Assembly (NCBI GenBank): GCA_963796685.1
Contig: CAWCMR010000008.1
Coordinates: 96,001-160,000 of the forward strand
Length of the DNA stretch: 64,000 nt
DNA from: an uncultured delta proteobacterium
GTDB lineage: Bacteria > Myxococcota_A > Polyangia > Fen-1088
Direction of reading: 5' to 3'
This document shows positions 18,859 through 31,264 of the stretch, piece after piece. Under the pieces are notes generated by a model. It did no database searches. It was not told where the DNA came from and was given only the letters and a program-made list of their open reading frames with translations. Numbering within the stretch: position 1 is the stretch's first letter; every line of letters starts with the position of its first letter. The position numbers were made by a program, and so were the translations under genes.

Positions 18859-20199
18859 ATGAAACGTGGCAGCCCCTCACCCGCCTCGCTGCGCTCGGCG
18901 ACCTCTCCCCGCTCCGCTCCGCTGCGCGGGACGAGGTGGTTTCAGGTCAGGGGGCGAGGCCCGAGCACGTGCCTCGCCTGCCTGCTCGGTCTGCCGATGG
19001 TATTGGGATGCAGCAGCAACAGGGCGACGACCGATGCGGCCCTCGCCGTGGTCGACGTACCTTCGCCCCAAGGCGAGGAGGTGATGGCGACACCACCGAA
19101 CCTCGATGCCAGGGCCGGATCCGGGGGCGGGTCGCCATGCGACGCCCCCGAGCAGTGCCTGTCGGGGGCGTGCACGCTGGGCGTTTGTTCCGACTGGATG
19201 GGTGCCATGCAGATTGCCATCGACACCACGCCCGCCGGCGCGGCCGTGAATGAATCCGTCATGTCGTTCCCGTTGCTCGTCCGCTTGGACGCCAAGAACT
19301 TCGTCTTCGCGGAGGCGCGCCAGGATGGCTCCGACATCCGCTTCCTGGACGACAGCGGCAACACTTTGGCCTATCAAATCGAACGCTGGGATGCACAAAA
19401 GGCCATGGCGGAGGTTTGGGTGCTCGTTCCAAGGATTCTCGGCAACAGTCGCGACAACGTGCTTCGCATGTACTGGGGCAATCCACTTTCGGCTTCGACC
19501 TCGTCCGGCCCGGCGGTGTTCGGGAATTTCTCCTGCGTCTTCCACATGGAACAGGCGCCCAACGCCAGCGCCACCCAGATCGAGGACGATTCGGGCCACG
19601 ACAATTCGGGCACCGTGCAAAGTCAATCAAGCGCCGGGCCGCTTGGCGAAGGCGTCGCCGGTAGCGGACTTGCCTTGGACGGCAGCTCCATGATGAGCAC
19701 TGCGGACCGTCTGCCACCACCGCTGCCCGTCACTTTTTCCCTGTGGCTCAAGACCACCAGCAAGACGGGCGGAGGCATCGCGGGGTTCGCCAACAAACCA
19801 ACCAGCGACGACGCCACCTACGACCGCTTCGTGACGATGGATTCCAGCGGCCGGCTGTCGTTCGCGGTCCTGCATGGTGGCGCGCGCTCGACGCTGACCA
19901 GTCTGTCCGGCTACAACGATGGCCAGTGGCACCTCATCGTTGCTCGCTTCTCCAGCGCAGGACAGTATCTGTTCGTCGACGGCGACGACGTGGCCGACGA
20001 TCCGACGCTGACGAGTGCCGATGCCTATCCGGGATACTGGCGCTTCGGCGAAGAGCCAGCCAGTCCGGGCTACTATGTTTCCGGCAACCTGGATGAGGTC
20101 CGAGTCAGCAACAACGAGCTCAGCGACGCGTGGGTCAAACTGTCCTACGCAACCCAGCGCCCGGAGACGAATGCCGTGGTCTATTCCCGCCAACCCTAG
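18859..20199 (+). CDS. DUF2341 + LamG domain lipoprotein
   Basis: Lipobox VLGC; FPLLVRL, DGSDIRF, YQIERWD, WVLVP, MYWGN (DUF2341); TFSLWLKT, NDGQWH, GNLDEVRVS, WVKLSY (LamG). Confidence 0.8.
   Translation: MKRGSPSPASLRSATSPRSAPLRGTRWFQVRGRGPSTCLACLLGLPMVLGCSSNRATTDAALAVVDVPSPQGEEVMATPPNLDARAGSGGGSPCDAPEQCLSGACTLGVCSDWMGAMQIAIDTTPAGAAVNESVMSFPLLVRLDAKNFVFAEARQDGSDIRFLDDSGNTLAYQIERWDAQKAMAEVWVLVPRILGNSRDNVLRMYWGNPLSASTSSGPAVFGNFSCVFHMEQAPNASATQIEDDSGHDNSGTVQSQSSAGPLGEGVAGSGLALDGSSMMSTADRLPPPLPVTFSLWLKTTSKTGGGIAGFANKPTSDDATYDRFVTMDSSGRLSFAVLHGGARSTLTSLSGYNDGQWHLIVARFSSAGQYLFVDGDDVADDPTLTSADAYPGYWRFGEEPASPGYYVSGNLDEVRVSNNELSDAWVKLSYATQRPETNAVVYSRQP
18873..18938. repeat. REP-like palindromic element inside the 5' end of the DUF2341 ORF
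   Basis: CCCCTCACCC-GCCTCGCTGCGCTCGGCG-ACCTCTCCCCGC...GCGGGACGAGGT double hairpin. Confidence 0.55.
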
Positions 20200-20204
20200 A
20201 CCGG

Positions 20205-20894
20205 CTACTTGCCCATCTCTCCCGTGTCCACCACACGCACGCCGGCGGGCGGGGTCCATTTGAAGAACGAGTCCGGGACCTTTGCATTCACTTCCAAGTC
20301 ATCGAAGATGAAGTGGTTGGTGTTGCCCTGCGAGTCTACCAGCACGCTCTCGCGCACCAGGAACTCCTTGGGATCGACGACGAAGAGGATCGATTTGTAG
20401 GCCGACTGCGGCTGCTTGGGTGAAAGCGCGAGACGAAAGTCCCCCGGGCGGCCGTGGTGGTCATCCTTGGCAAAGGTGACATCGAACTCGTCCGTGATCT
20501 TGCCCTTGCCCATCAGAAAGGCCAGCGCTGCCGGCAACTGCGAGGTCTTGAGGTCCTGCCTGAAAGCCTGCTTCTCCGTCGGTTCATAGAGCCAAAGAAC
20601 CTGTCCGTTGGACAGAAACATGCGTGGCTCGGGCTTGTCGTAGTCCCAGCGCATGCGGCCCGGCTTCTTGAAGGCGATGGTGCCCGTCGACAGCGTGGAC
20701 CTACCCACCACGGCACGGGTGTAGGTCTGCGAGAAGCGCGCGTGAAAATCCTTGGCCTGATCGTAGCGCTTCTGCATCCGTTCCAGCACCGTGCGCAGGT
20801 CGAGGGCAGACACCGGCGCCGTGCCTACAGGCGGCGCAACGGGCTCGGCCGCCGCGCCAGCGGACAAGACCAGCGCAAGAAGAAACGTCATCAT
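20205..20894 (-). CDS. lolA: outer membrane lipoprotein carrier LolA
   Basis: Signal peptide, ARFSQT, FKKPGRMRWDY, SNGQVLWLYEP, FKWTPPAGVRV; downstream of ftsK. Confidence 0.92.
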   Translation of the reverse strand: MMTFLLALVLSAGAAAEPVAPPVGTAPVSALDLRTVLERMQKRYDQAKDFHARFSQTYTRAVVGRSTLSTGTIAFKKPGRMRWDYDKPEPRMFLSNGQVLWLYEPTEKQAFRQDLKTSQLPAALAFLMGKGKITDEFDVTFAKDDHHGRPGDFRLALSPKQPQSAYKSILFVVDPKEFLVRESVLVDSQGNTNHFIFDDLEVNAKVPDSFFKWTPPAGVRVVDTGEMGK

Positions 20895-20925
20895 GGCGTC
20901 GAGCTTACCCCAATGCGGGCGGCGA

Positions 20926-21055
20926 TCACGGGGGATACCGCGGAAAGTGAAGAACCGCTCGGCCTGGGCTGGATCGAAGGAAGTTGTTCGGATCAGGATC
21001 CAGAAACCCTTCTTCCTCGGCCTCCGTGTCCTCTGTGTGTGTGTGGTGAAAATCC
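20926..21055. repeat. degenerate copy of 9-nt-periodic palindromic element
   Basis: Core TTCGGAT..GATCC.GAAACCCTT and right arm CTCCGTGTCCTCTGTGTGTGTGTGGTGAAAAT align with 36548-36631. Confidence 0.7.
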
Positions 21056-21057
21056 GG

Positions 21058-23908
<2,851 letters not shown>

Positions 23909-23966
23909 TTTGTACCTGGTGTGTGTCGGAGTATGTACTTCTCTTACTACCTATACCTACATCACC

Positions 23967-23994
23967 ACCGTAGACCCAGGCCTGGAACCGTCAA
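23967..23994 (-). promoter_or_regulatory. putative sigma70 promoter of ftsK
   Basis: TTGACG-N16-TACGGT on the minus strand; TTGACGGT repeated about 25 bp upstream. Confidence 0.4.
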
Positions 23995-24095
23995 GTTTTC
24001 GAGGCCAATGACCGTCAAATCGCGAAACGCAGCGATGACTCGATTAGACTACCGCAATGGGCCATGCCGATCCTGATGGGGTGAAGAACGGCCTC

Positions 24096-25142
24096 CTAGA
24101 AGCTCGCGCCCAGCCGCGCGCTGCCTAGCCACGTCGGCCGGCCCATGCTGCCAAGGTAGGTGCCCTCGGTGCTGTCGATCCTGACCTGACTTTGCAGCCA
24201 CAGGGTTCCGGCGCGCAATTCCAGGGAAAGAGAAGGAAGAACGCTCACCGCCAGCCCGACGGCGAGGCTTGCGCCAGGACTCGACAAGGTCGAGGTTTGG
24301 CCCTGCCCCACGCTCGGCGACTGGGCCTCGCCGCGCACGCGAAGCCAAAATTCCCCCCCGCCCGCTTCGACGAGCGGCTGCAAGCGGTGCCAGGTCCGGC
24401 CGAACACCGTCAAGGTCGCGCCCACGAAACGTGGATCCAGACTCACCCGCCCGCCGCTGCCGTCGTTGTGCGGGCTTGTCCCAAAGCCAAACGCGGTGGC
24501 ACCGACGCGGCACCATTCGGTCCATCGGTAGCCCACCTCGATCTGGGGGGTCAGCGCGGGCGAAAAGCGCGCGCTGCCGCCGAGCACGCCGAGCCCGGCC
24601 GCGAGGTAGCTGTGCCGGAGGGGCGAAGGTTGCGCCTGCGGCGCGGGACTCGCCGGCTCGGCCTGGCGCCCGGCCAGGGTGTCGAACATCCGGGCGCGAA
24701 TGAAGTCGACGGCGCGCACGGCAAGCACGACCTCGCTCCGGTCCGGTGCGTCGACGTCTTTGTCCGCGGTCAAATGCGCGACCGAGGTCTTGCCGCTGGC
24801 GCGGTCCAGAAACCACACATCGAGAGCGCGTGCAGATTGCCCACCTCCCTCGGGACCGGCAAAGGCCACCACGGCGGCCGAGCGCAACCCGCGCGAAAGC
24901 GCGTCCAGCCGGGCGAGGGTCATGGATTCCGTCGCCGCATCGACGAAGCGAACCTCGAATCCAACCGAGGTTGCTTCGCCACGCAAGCGATTGAGAGCCT
25001 CCAAGATGGCCCGATTCGCGTTGGTGGGCAGGGCGACCACGACCAACGCGGGCGGATTGCCTTCGCCCGGCTCGACGGGGGTATTGCCCACGACGTCGAC
25101 CTGAAGCAAGCCGAACAGACCTAGCACCAGCGCGGAGAGCAC
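24096..25142 (-). CDS. exported protein with probable C-terminal beta-barrel (third gene of ECF triad 1)
   Basis: GTG start overlaps upstream TAG; hydrophobic N-terminus; Pro-rich linker; amphipathic strands; ends GSARLGASF. Confidence 0.7.
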   Translation of the reverse strand: MLSALVLGLFGLLQVDVVGNTPVEPGEGNPPALVVVALPTNANRAILEALNRLRGEATSVGFEVRFVDAATESMTLARLDALSRGLRSAAVVAFAGPEGGGQSARALDVWFLDRASGKTSVAHLTADKDVDAPDRSEVVLAVRAVDFIRARMFDTLAGRQAEPASPAPQAQPSPLRHSYLAAGLGVLGGSARFSPALTPQIEVGYRWTEWCRVGATAFGFGTSPHNDGSGGRVSLDPRFVGATLTVFGRTWHRLQPLVEAGGGEFWLRVRGEAQSPSVGQGQTSTLSSPGASLAVGLAVSVLPSLSLELRAGTLWLQSQVRIDSTEGTYLGSMGRPTWLGSARLGASF

Positions 25143-26455
25143 TATGGTGCTGATTGTAGTAGAGACCTGGCCAGCTCGGCTTGGGTCCCGTGCGGAAAAT
25201 GTTCCAGGTAGGTTCGGGCCGCCTTCTGCGCGCGGGCTCGATCCGTACGCGCAAGCAGGGCGATTTCGCGCCCCAGCGCCTCGCCGGCATACGGGCCACG
25301 CTCGGATTCGCGAAGGTAGGTCTCGTACCAAGCCACGGCCGCGCCTGGGCCCGCGGATGGCTGCTCCGCGAGACGCCCCAGGAAGAAGGCGGCGTCGCTG
25401 GCGCGCGCGGTACCTGGGAAGCGGGCGCGCAGACCGAGAAGAGCCTGACGTGCCAGATCGTTATGCTTGGTGTAGCGAGCCGCATCGGCGAGGGAAGCCA
25501 GCTCCGCCGCCGACGCGCCAGCCAGGGTCGCATCGAGACCCCGCCGTTCGGCGTCCTTGACCACGCCAACGAAATCACCCTGGGCGATGAGGTTGGCCCA
25601 GACCAAGGGCTCGGACGCAGCCCGCTCGGGCTGCAGCGCCCGGTGCCGAGGCAAGGAGGTCGGCATGCGCGACGGGGTCGGCCCGGGCGAGAGCGGCGCA
25701 TCCTCGACCGGCCCTGTTTCGATAGGCGGTGTTTCCGCCTGCTTTTCCTGGGCGCGCGCCGTCGTCGGTGGGGCGACGGTGCCGCCGCCGGCCTGCGCGC
25801 CCGCAAAGAGCTCCAGGGACTCTCCCGCGCGCAAGATCAGGACGCGATCGTCGGAAGGGCCGCGCACCTCGACGGTGCCGGCCACCATTTGCAGCGCGAG
25901 CCTCCCGCTCTCCGCCGTGTAGCCAAGGTGAAATGCCGTGCCGCGCACCTTCACCGTAAACGGCCCGGCATCGAATCGCCAGGACGAGCCCGGCCGGTGC
26001 TGAACCCGCACATCCAGCTCCCCGTCCGCAAGCGCGATGCGCGAGCCATGGGCATCGAGCGATACCACCGACAACTTGGTCGCAGGCGCAATGCGAACCT
26101 GCGAGGCATCCGAAAAGACCAGGTTTGCGGGTCCCGAGGATCCGACCGTGATGGTTTGTTTCGGCCCCACCGCCGCACCTTCGAGCGTGTAGTGCAGCGG
26201 CGCTGCCGGACGTAATGGGAGCAGGCGATAGGTCGCGAATCCCAAGACCAGCGCGGCCGCCACCAACGAAAGTCCACGCAGCCACCAACGCGACGCGGGC
26301 ACGACGATCGGCACCGACGGGTACTTGCCGCCCGAGAGTGCCGCTTCCAGTCGTTCCCATCCCCGGTCGAGCTTCCCGGGCGCGACCGTGGCCAGCCCGT
26401 TCCGGGTCACCTCGGCGACGGCGTCGACGATCTTCTGCCTACGCTCGTCACTCAT
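25142..26455 (-). CDS. FecR-domain anti-sigma factor with C-terminal TPR-like domain
   Basis: TM; LVFSDASQVRI, FDAGPFTVKVRGTAF, GTVEV (FecR); ARFPGT..ASDAAFFLGR, YLEHFPHG (TPR). Confidence 0.85.
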   Translation of the reverse strand: MSDERRQKIVDAVAEVTRNGLATVAPGKLDRGWERLEAALSGGKYPSVPIVVPASRWWLRGLSLVAAALVLGFATYRLLPLRPAAPLHYTLEGAAVGPKQTITVGSSGPANLVFSDASQVRIAPATKLSVVSLDAHGSRIALADGELDVRVQHRPGSSWRFDAGPFTVKVRGTAFHLGYTAESGRLALQMVAGTVEVRGPSDDRVLILRAGESLELFAGAQAGGGTVAPPTTARAQEKQAETPPIETGPVEDAPLSPGPTPSRMPTSLPRHRALQPERAASEPLVWANLIAQGDFVGVVKDAERRGLDATLAGASAAELASLADAARYTKHNDLARQALLGLRARFPGTARASDAAFFLGRLAEQPSAGPGAAVAWYETYLRESERGPYAGEALGREIALLARTDRARAQKAARTYLEHFPHGTQAELARSLLQSAP

Positions 26456-27135
26456 GGCGTGTCTCCCGTGACCGCCTCGGGCAGCACGCCGCCGAGGCTC
26501 GCGCGCAGTCCCTCATCTTTCGAGAAGGCTTTTTCGACCGCCGCCGTGGCCTTGACCAGGTAGCGCTTGACCGTGGCCAGCGAGACCTCGAGGCCGGCTG
26601 CAATCTCGAGTAGCTCCATCCCCTCGACATGACGCAGAACGAACACCGCCCGGTGCTTGTCCTTGAGCCCTTCCAGCACGCGCTGAACGCGAAGCAACCT
26701 CTCGCGTGCCTCGAAATCGGCGCCCGCGCAGCCGGCATCGCGGGCCATGAGCTCGAGTTGATTGCGCGCGCGCTTGAGCACGTAGAAGTGCCGGATCTCC
26801 TCGCTGACCACGCGAACCGCAACCGAATAGATGAAGCTGCGCAACGCCGAGGTCTTCTCCAGCGTGTGCAGGCGGCGAAAGACACGCAGAAAGACCTCCT
26901 GGGCGAGGTCGTCGTGATCGTGCCGCGCGCTCAGGCTGCGGCGCAGGAGACCGAGAACCATGGGTGCGAAGCGATACCAGACCTCCCGCTGGGCCCAGCG
27001 CTTGCCGGCCAGGGCCTCGCGCACCAGGGTTTCGTCGTCGGTCTTCGCTCCCACGCGCTCGCTTGCACCTTCATCGTCGACGTTCGAATCGCGCCGGGAC
27101 ACGAGATACATTCTGGCATGAGCTTGGGAGGGCAT
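26452..27135 (-). CDS. ECF RNA polymerase sigma factor
   Basis: DDLAQEVFLRVF, LRSFIYSVAVR, FVLRHVEGMELLEIA, SLATVKRYL. Confidence 0.9.
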   Translation of the reverse strand: MPSQAHARMYLVSRRDSNVDDEGASERVGAKTDDETLVREALAGKRWAQREVWYRFAPMVLGLLRRSLSARHDHDDLAQEVFLRVFRRLHTLEKTSALRSFIYSVAVRVVSEEIRHFYVLKRARNQLELMARDAGCAGADFEARERLLRVQRVLEGLKDKHRAVFVLRHVEGMELLEIAAGLEVSLATVKRYLVKATAAVEKAFSKDEGLRASLGGVLPEAVTGDTP

Positions 27136-27145
27136 GGGGATGGAA

Positions 27146-27170
27146 GTGCTGGCGAAAACGATCGGGTGAC
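27146..27170 (-). promoter_or_regulatory. candidate ECF autoregulatory promoter GTCAC-N16-GCAC
   Basis: Ends 10 nt before the ATG; same geometry as motifs at 61025-61049 and 63970-63994. Confidence 0.4.
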
Positions 27171-27241
27171 CTGACGTTTCCCCTCGATAGTGTAGGCTGC
27201 CGGGCGAAACAGCTCAGCCCAGGACGCCGAGACCCGCTGCG

Positions 27242-29515
27242 TTATTGGGGACGAGCAGCCGGCGGGAGCGGAAACGTTATCGAGAACTTGGTCCCCTGCC
27301 CCGGTTGGCTTTCCACATCGATGTGTCCGCCGTGGCGCTCAACGATCCCGTGCACGATGGACAGCCCAAGGCCCGAGCCCTCGCCCACGTCCTTGGTCGT
27401 GAAGAAGGGGTCGAAGATACGCGGCAGGACATCCCCCGGGATGCCAGGGCCGTCGTCGGACACGGTGACGAGCACGCAGGTGTCCTGGTTGTGGACGGTC
27501 ACGCTGATCGTCCCGCCTTGGTCTCCGATGGCTTGGGCCGCGTTGGTCAACAGGTTCATGAGGACTTGGTCGAGCTGCCCCGGAAAGCCGAGGATGCGCG
27601 CCTTGGGCTCCACGTCCTTGACCACCTTGACGTGGCGCAGACGGTGTTGGAGCAGCCCGAGGGTTTCGTCCAGGCTGCGCGCCAGATTGACTTCGCGCTG
27701 AACCGAATCATCACCCCGCGCGTAACCGTGCAGGGCCTGCACGATGGCCTTGGTACGCGTGGCTCCGCGCTGGACCACGGCCAGGATTTCCTCGGCTTCC
27801 TTGGCAATCTCGATAGGCGAGCCGCCCTCGCCCGCCGCGATCCGTTTCACGGCGTCGTCGAGGGGGCCGAGCGAATTGATGACCGCGTTGACCGGGTTGT
27901 TGATCTCGTGCGCGATGCCGGCCACCAGGCGCCCCATGGAGGCGAGCTTCTCGCTGCGCACGAGGTTGTCCTGTGCGCGCCGCAGCTTTTCCATGGCCTC
28001 GTGCAATTCGGCGTTGCGCTGTTCGAGGGCTTCCGTGCGCCGACGCACCTCGCGCTCCAAGTCCACATTGATGGATTCCGTTGAGCGCAAGCGGTCGCGC
28101 AGCGAGCGCCGCATCTCCTCGAAGATGACGGCCAGCCGGCCAATCTCGTCCGCCTCGCCCCATGGCGGCACCGGGCGAGCGAGTTGCCCGTTGGCCATCT
28201 CGCTCGAGCGCTCTTCCAGGGCACGCAGGGGCGCCACCACGTCGCGAACCAAGAACATCACGATGCCCAAAATCAAGGCCATGGCCACCGCCAGCGCGGC
28301 CGTACCCCAGGGCGCGTTCGCCCGGCCCACCAGCCAGACGAATGCACACGCGCTCACCAGCACGGCAGTCACTGTCGCACCCAGCTTGGCGTGCAGTCCG
28401 AATGGCGAACGCACCTGATCCAAGGGCAGAGCATGGCGCGAGCCAAGGTGCCTGATGAGCGGACGAAGCACGCTCTGGAGCAAGAGCGTCTGGTAGATCG
28501 TTGCCAGCAGCGAGAGCAGCGTGGCCAGCAGAAGCAAGCGGCCGGCGGTGACCAGATCCACCTCGCCGCGAGCACCCAGGTAGGCCACCGCCGAGAGCGC
28601 GGCGAAAAGAAAGACCACCGCCTGCACCATGCCGAGCGCGTACGGCGTACCCTGCGCAGCGATGAACGCGGCCACGGCCTTGGGATCCTCGCGCGCAGGC
28701 CCTTTGCCACCCTTGGTTCGCAGCGCCACTTCGAAATAGTCCTCGATCGGCCGGGTCCGCCGAAGGAGCAAGCGCCACCAAAGGTAAGCGCCCAAAATCA
28801 GCGTGGGCCACAGCGCCAACATGCCCGTGGTCAGCACCCGAGCCGAAGCCCGGGCCAAGGTCGAGGCAAAGAAGGCCAGCGCCGTCTGCCACAGACCAAG
28901 CAGCGCGATCCCCACCGCCAGCAGCGCCCCCCGGTAGCGCTCCGCGAACACCCGGATACCTTGCAAATTGGGGATCAGGATTGGCCGCGTGGGCGCCAAA
29001 ATGATCTCCAGCGCCAAGGTACGAATGGCGGCCAACCCCGTCGAGGTCAGCAACACCAATTGGGCGAGCGCAGACGCCGACGACAGCTCGCGTTCGCCGG
29101 CCAGCACGGCATGGGCGGGAAGCACTGACGCGACGAGGGCCCAGGCGAGCAAGTGCACGACCGCCACCTCGCGCGGAACCCGCGAGAGCGCGACGCGCGC
29201 GGCTTCGGTTTCGGGTAGCTTGGGCTTGCCACCCTGGCGAATGGAGTCCACGAGGTCGAGCAGCGGGCGAACCCGCGCGGCCATGCGCAGACCCGCCGCC
29301 GCCCACACGGCGAGGGTCAGCGGCAGCGCGACCTTCAACCACAGCATCTCCCACGGCAGATTCCGCATCCACAGAACCAGCGGGAGCCCACAACACACGA
29401 GCTCGGCAGCATCGAGAACGAGCCCGGCCGCTAGCAACCGACGACCGAACCTCGGCAAGCTTGCGCCTTGTCCGCCCTGTGACATGGTTGGCATTGTAGC
29501 GGAGAAGCTGGACAA
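27242..29515 (-). CDS. multi-TM HAMP sensor histidine kinase
   Basis: ADEIGRLA (HAMP), SEKLASMGRLVAGIAHEINNP, NLLTNAAQA, FDPFFTTKDVGEGSGLGL. Confidence 0.9.
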   Translation of the reverse strand: MSSFSATMPTMSQGGQGASLPRFGRRLLAAGLVLDAAELVCCGLPLVLWMRNLPWEMLWLKVALPLTLAVWAAAGLRMAARVRPLLDLVDSIRQGGKPKLPETEAARVALSRVPREVAVVHLLAWALVASVLPAHAVLAGERELSSASALAQLVLLTSTGLAAIRTLALEIILAPTRPILIPNLQGIRVFAERYRGALLAVGIALLGLWQTALAFFASTLARASARVLTTGMLALWPTLILGAYLWWRLLLRRTRPIEDYFEVALRTKGGKGPAREDPKAVAAFIAAQGTPYALGMVQAVVFLFAALSAVAYLGARGEVDLVTAGRLLLLATLLSLLATIYQTLLLQSVLRPLIRHLGSRHALPLDQVRSPFGLHAKLGATVTAVLVSACAFVWLVGRANAPWGTAALAVAMALILGIVMFLVRDVVAPLRALEERSSEMANGQLARPVPPWGEADEIGRLAVIFEEMRRSLRDRLRSTESINVDLEREVRRRTEALEQRNAELHEAMEKLRRAQDNLVRSEKLASMGRLVAGIAHEINNPVNAVINSLGPLDDAVKRIAAGEGGSPIEIAKEAEEILAVVQRGATRTKAIVQALHGYARGDDSVQREVNLARSLDETLGLLQHRLRHVKVVKDVEPKARILGFPGQLDQVLMNLLTNAAQAIGDQGGTISVTVHNQDTCVLVTVSDDGPGIPGDVLPRIFDPFFTTKDVGEGSGLGLSIVHGIVERHGGHIDVESQPGQGTKFSITFPLPPAARPQ

Positions 29516-29547
29516 AGAGCTGTCGAGCTAGCACCCTACGGAATTCA

Positions 29548-30231
29548 ATGAGCTGGGAAACGATCCGTAATCTGGTCCACGACGAGTGGGTCATCCTCCT
29601 GCTTCTCCTCGTGTGGTCGGTGGCTGGTGTATCCGTGATCTGCGAACGCGTCTATTCCCTGTGGAGGGTCCTCGCCAAATCCGAGGTGTTCAAGAACCGC
29701 GTGATCGAAGCGGTCGAGAATGGCGACCTGGCCAAGGCCACCGCCCTGTGCGAAACCGCGACGGATCCGCTGGGTGAGGTCTTTGGCCGCGGCCTGCGCG
29801 TGTATGCCAGGACGCCTCCCAAAACCACCGAGGCGGTGAATTCCCAGCGCATCGTCGCCCTGGCCGGGTTCAGGCGCTACCTGTGGGCGCTCGGCACCGT
29901 CGGATCGTCGGCGCCTTTCGTCGGCTTGTTCGGAACGGTGGTCGGCATTTTGAAGGCGTTCCAGTCCATGTCCCAGGCGGGCACCGGCGGCTTCAAGGTG
30001 GTCTCGCAGGGTATCGCGGCCGCGCTCGTGGCCACGGCGGCCGGCCTCATGGTCGCCATCTACGCCATCATCGCCTACAACTACTTCGTCGCGAAGGTCG
30101 GCGTCATCGGGATACGGTACAAGGTCTTCTGCGAGGAATTTCTGCTCGCCCTGGGGGAATACGGAAAGTCCCAGCCCGCCCCGGTCATCGCGCCGCAAGC
30201 GCAACCGTCGGGCAAAGCCCCACCTTCCTAG
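29548..30231 (+). CDS. MotA/TolQ/ExbB proton channel family protein
   Basis: LGTVGSSAPFVGLFGTVVGILKAF, GIAAALVATAAGL, AYNYF. Confidence 0.9.
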   Translation: MSWETIRNLVHDEWVILLLLLVWSVAGVSVICERVYSLWRVLAKSEVFKNRVIEAVENGDLAKATALCETATDPLGEVFGRGLRVYARTPPKTTEAVNSQRIVALAGFRRYLWALGTVGSSAPFVGLFGTVVGILKAFQSMSQAGTGGFKVVSQGIAAALVATAAGLMVAIYAIIAYNYFVAKVGVIGIRYKVFCEEFLLALGEYGKSQPAPVIAPQAQPSGKAPPS

Positions 30232-30241
30232 CGATCAAGCC

Positions 30242-30718
30242 ATGGCGATGAGCGTACACATCGACGATCCCGGCGCCGAGCCCGAAGCGGAGGGTGAAGG
30301 CAGCGAATCCATCGTCGCGGAAATCAACATCACGCCACTCACCGACGTGTTCCTGGTTCTGCTCATCATCTTCATGGTGACCTCTACCGCGATGGTCGAG
30401 TCCGAGGTTGCGTCGCGCACGGGGGTAAAGGTCGCCCTGCCCAAGGCCAACGCGGCGGGTGCGGTGACCAAGCGGCGCACCGATCCGGTCCTGACGGTGA
30501 CGAAGAACAACGAGCTATTTCTCTTCAACCGCAAGATCGATCCCGCCCATCTCGAGGAAGAGATCCACAAGGCCCTGACCGAGGTGGATTCGGAGACCTT
30601 GCTTTTGCGCGGCGACAAGAGCGTCTTTCTCGGCGCGGCCGTCGATCTGATGGCCATCGCCAAGAAAGCCGGGGCCAAGAACATCGCCATTCTCACCCAG
30701 ACCGAGCACAAGCCGTGA
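30242..30718 (+). CDS. ExbD/TolR family protein
   Basis: AEINITPLTDVFLVLLIIFMV, VALPKA, LRGDK, AKKAG. Confidence 0.9.
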   Translation: MAMSVHIDDPGAEPEAEGEGSESIVAEINITPLTDVFLVLLIIFMVTSTAMVESEVASRTGVKVALPKANAAGAVTKRRTDPVLTVTKNNELFLFNRKIDPAHLEEEIHKALTEVDSETLLLRGDKSVFLGAAVDLMAIAKKAGAKNIAILTQTEHKP

Positions 30719-30837
30719 GGCGATTTTCACCACCGCCATCGCCGCCCGAACAAATCCGCCCCATACGGATAGCGACACCATCCGATGGAAGACTCCTAAC
30801 CAGCTAATATCATTGCACTAGAGGGTACCTATTCGGC

Positions 30838-30853
30838 TGGCACATCCAGTGCA
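30838..30853 (+). promoter_or_regulatory. sigma54 promoter
   Basis: TGGCACATCCAGTGCA with exact -24/-12 spacing; AT-rich IHF-like segment at 30797-30817. Confidence 0.7.
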
Positions 30854-30910
30854 AGAGGAGGGGGGGAACTGGGCCGAACGGTCCTGCAAACCAGACAACA
30901 AGGAGACCCC

Positions 30911-31096
30911 ATGAAGCTGACTCGCGTTATCCTCCTCGCCCTTGCCTTCGCCATCCCATTCGCTACCACCACACTGGCCTCCGCCGGTGACGAGCCCGCG
31001 GCTGAGGGTGCCGAGAAGCCGGCCAAGAAGGCCAAGAAGGGCAAGAAGGCAAAGAAGGGTGAAGACAAGAAAGAGGGCGAAGAGGCCGCGAAGTAA
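30911..31096 (+). CDS. small secreted Lys/Glu-rich protein (61 aa)
   Basis: SD AAGGAG; signal peptide ending ASA; mature part GDEPAAEGAEKPAKKAKKGKKAKKGEDKKEGEEAAK. Confidence 0.8.
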   Translation: MKLTRVILLALAFAIPFATTTLASAGDEPAAEGAEKPAKKAKKGKKAKKGEDKKEGEEAAK

Positions 31097-31162
31097 TTCA
31101 TCTGACGCCTCGAAGCGCACAGGCCACAGGCATTGCCTGATGGTGCTGGCTCTTCTCTGAAG

Positions 31163-31195
31163 AGCCCCCGGGATGACCATTCCGGGGGCTTTTTT
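31163..31195 (+). terminator. rho-independent terminator
   Basis: AGCCCCCGG-loop-CCGGGGGCT followed by a T-tract. Confidence 0.85.
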
Positions 31196-31264
31196 GTAGC
31201 CACGGAGAACGCAGAGCTCGTCAGAGGGTACGGAGACCGCCCCCTCCTGGGTTAGGATGGCATC

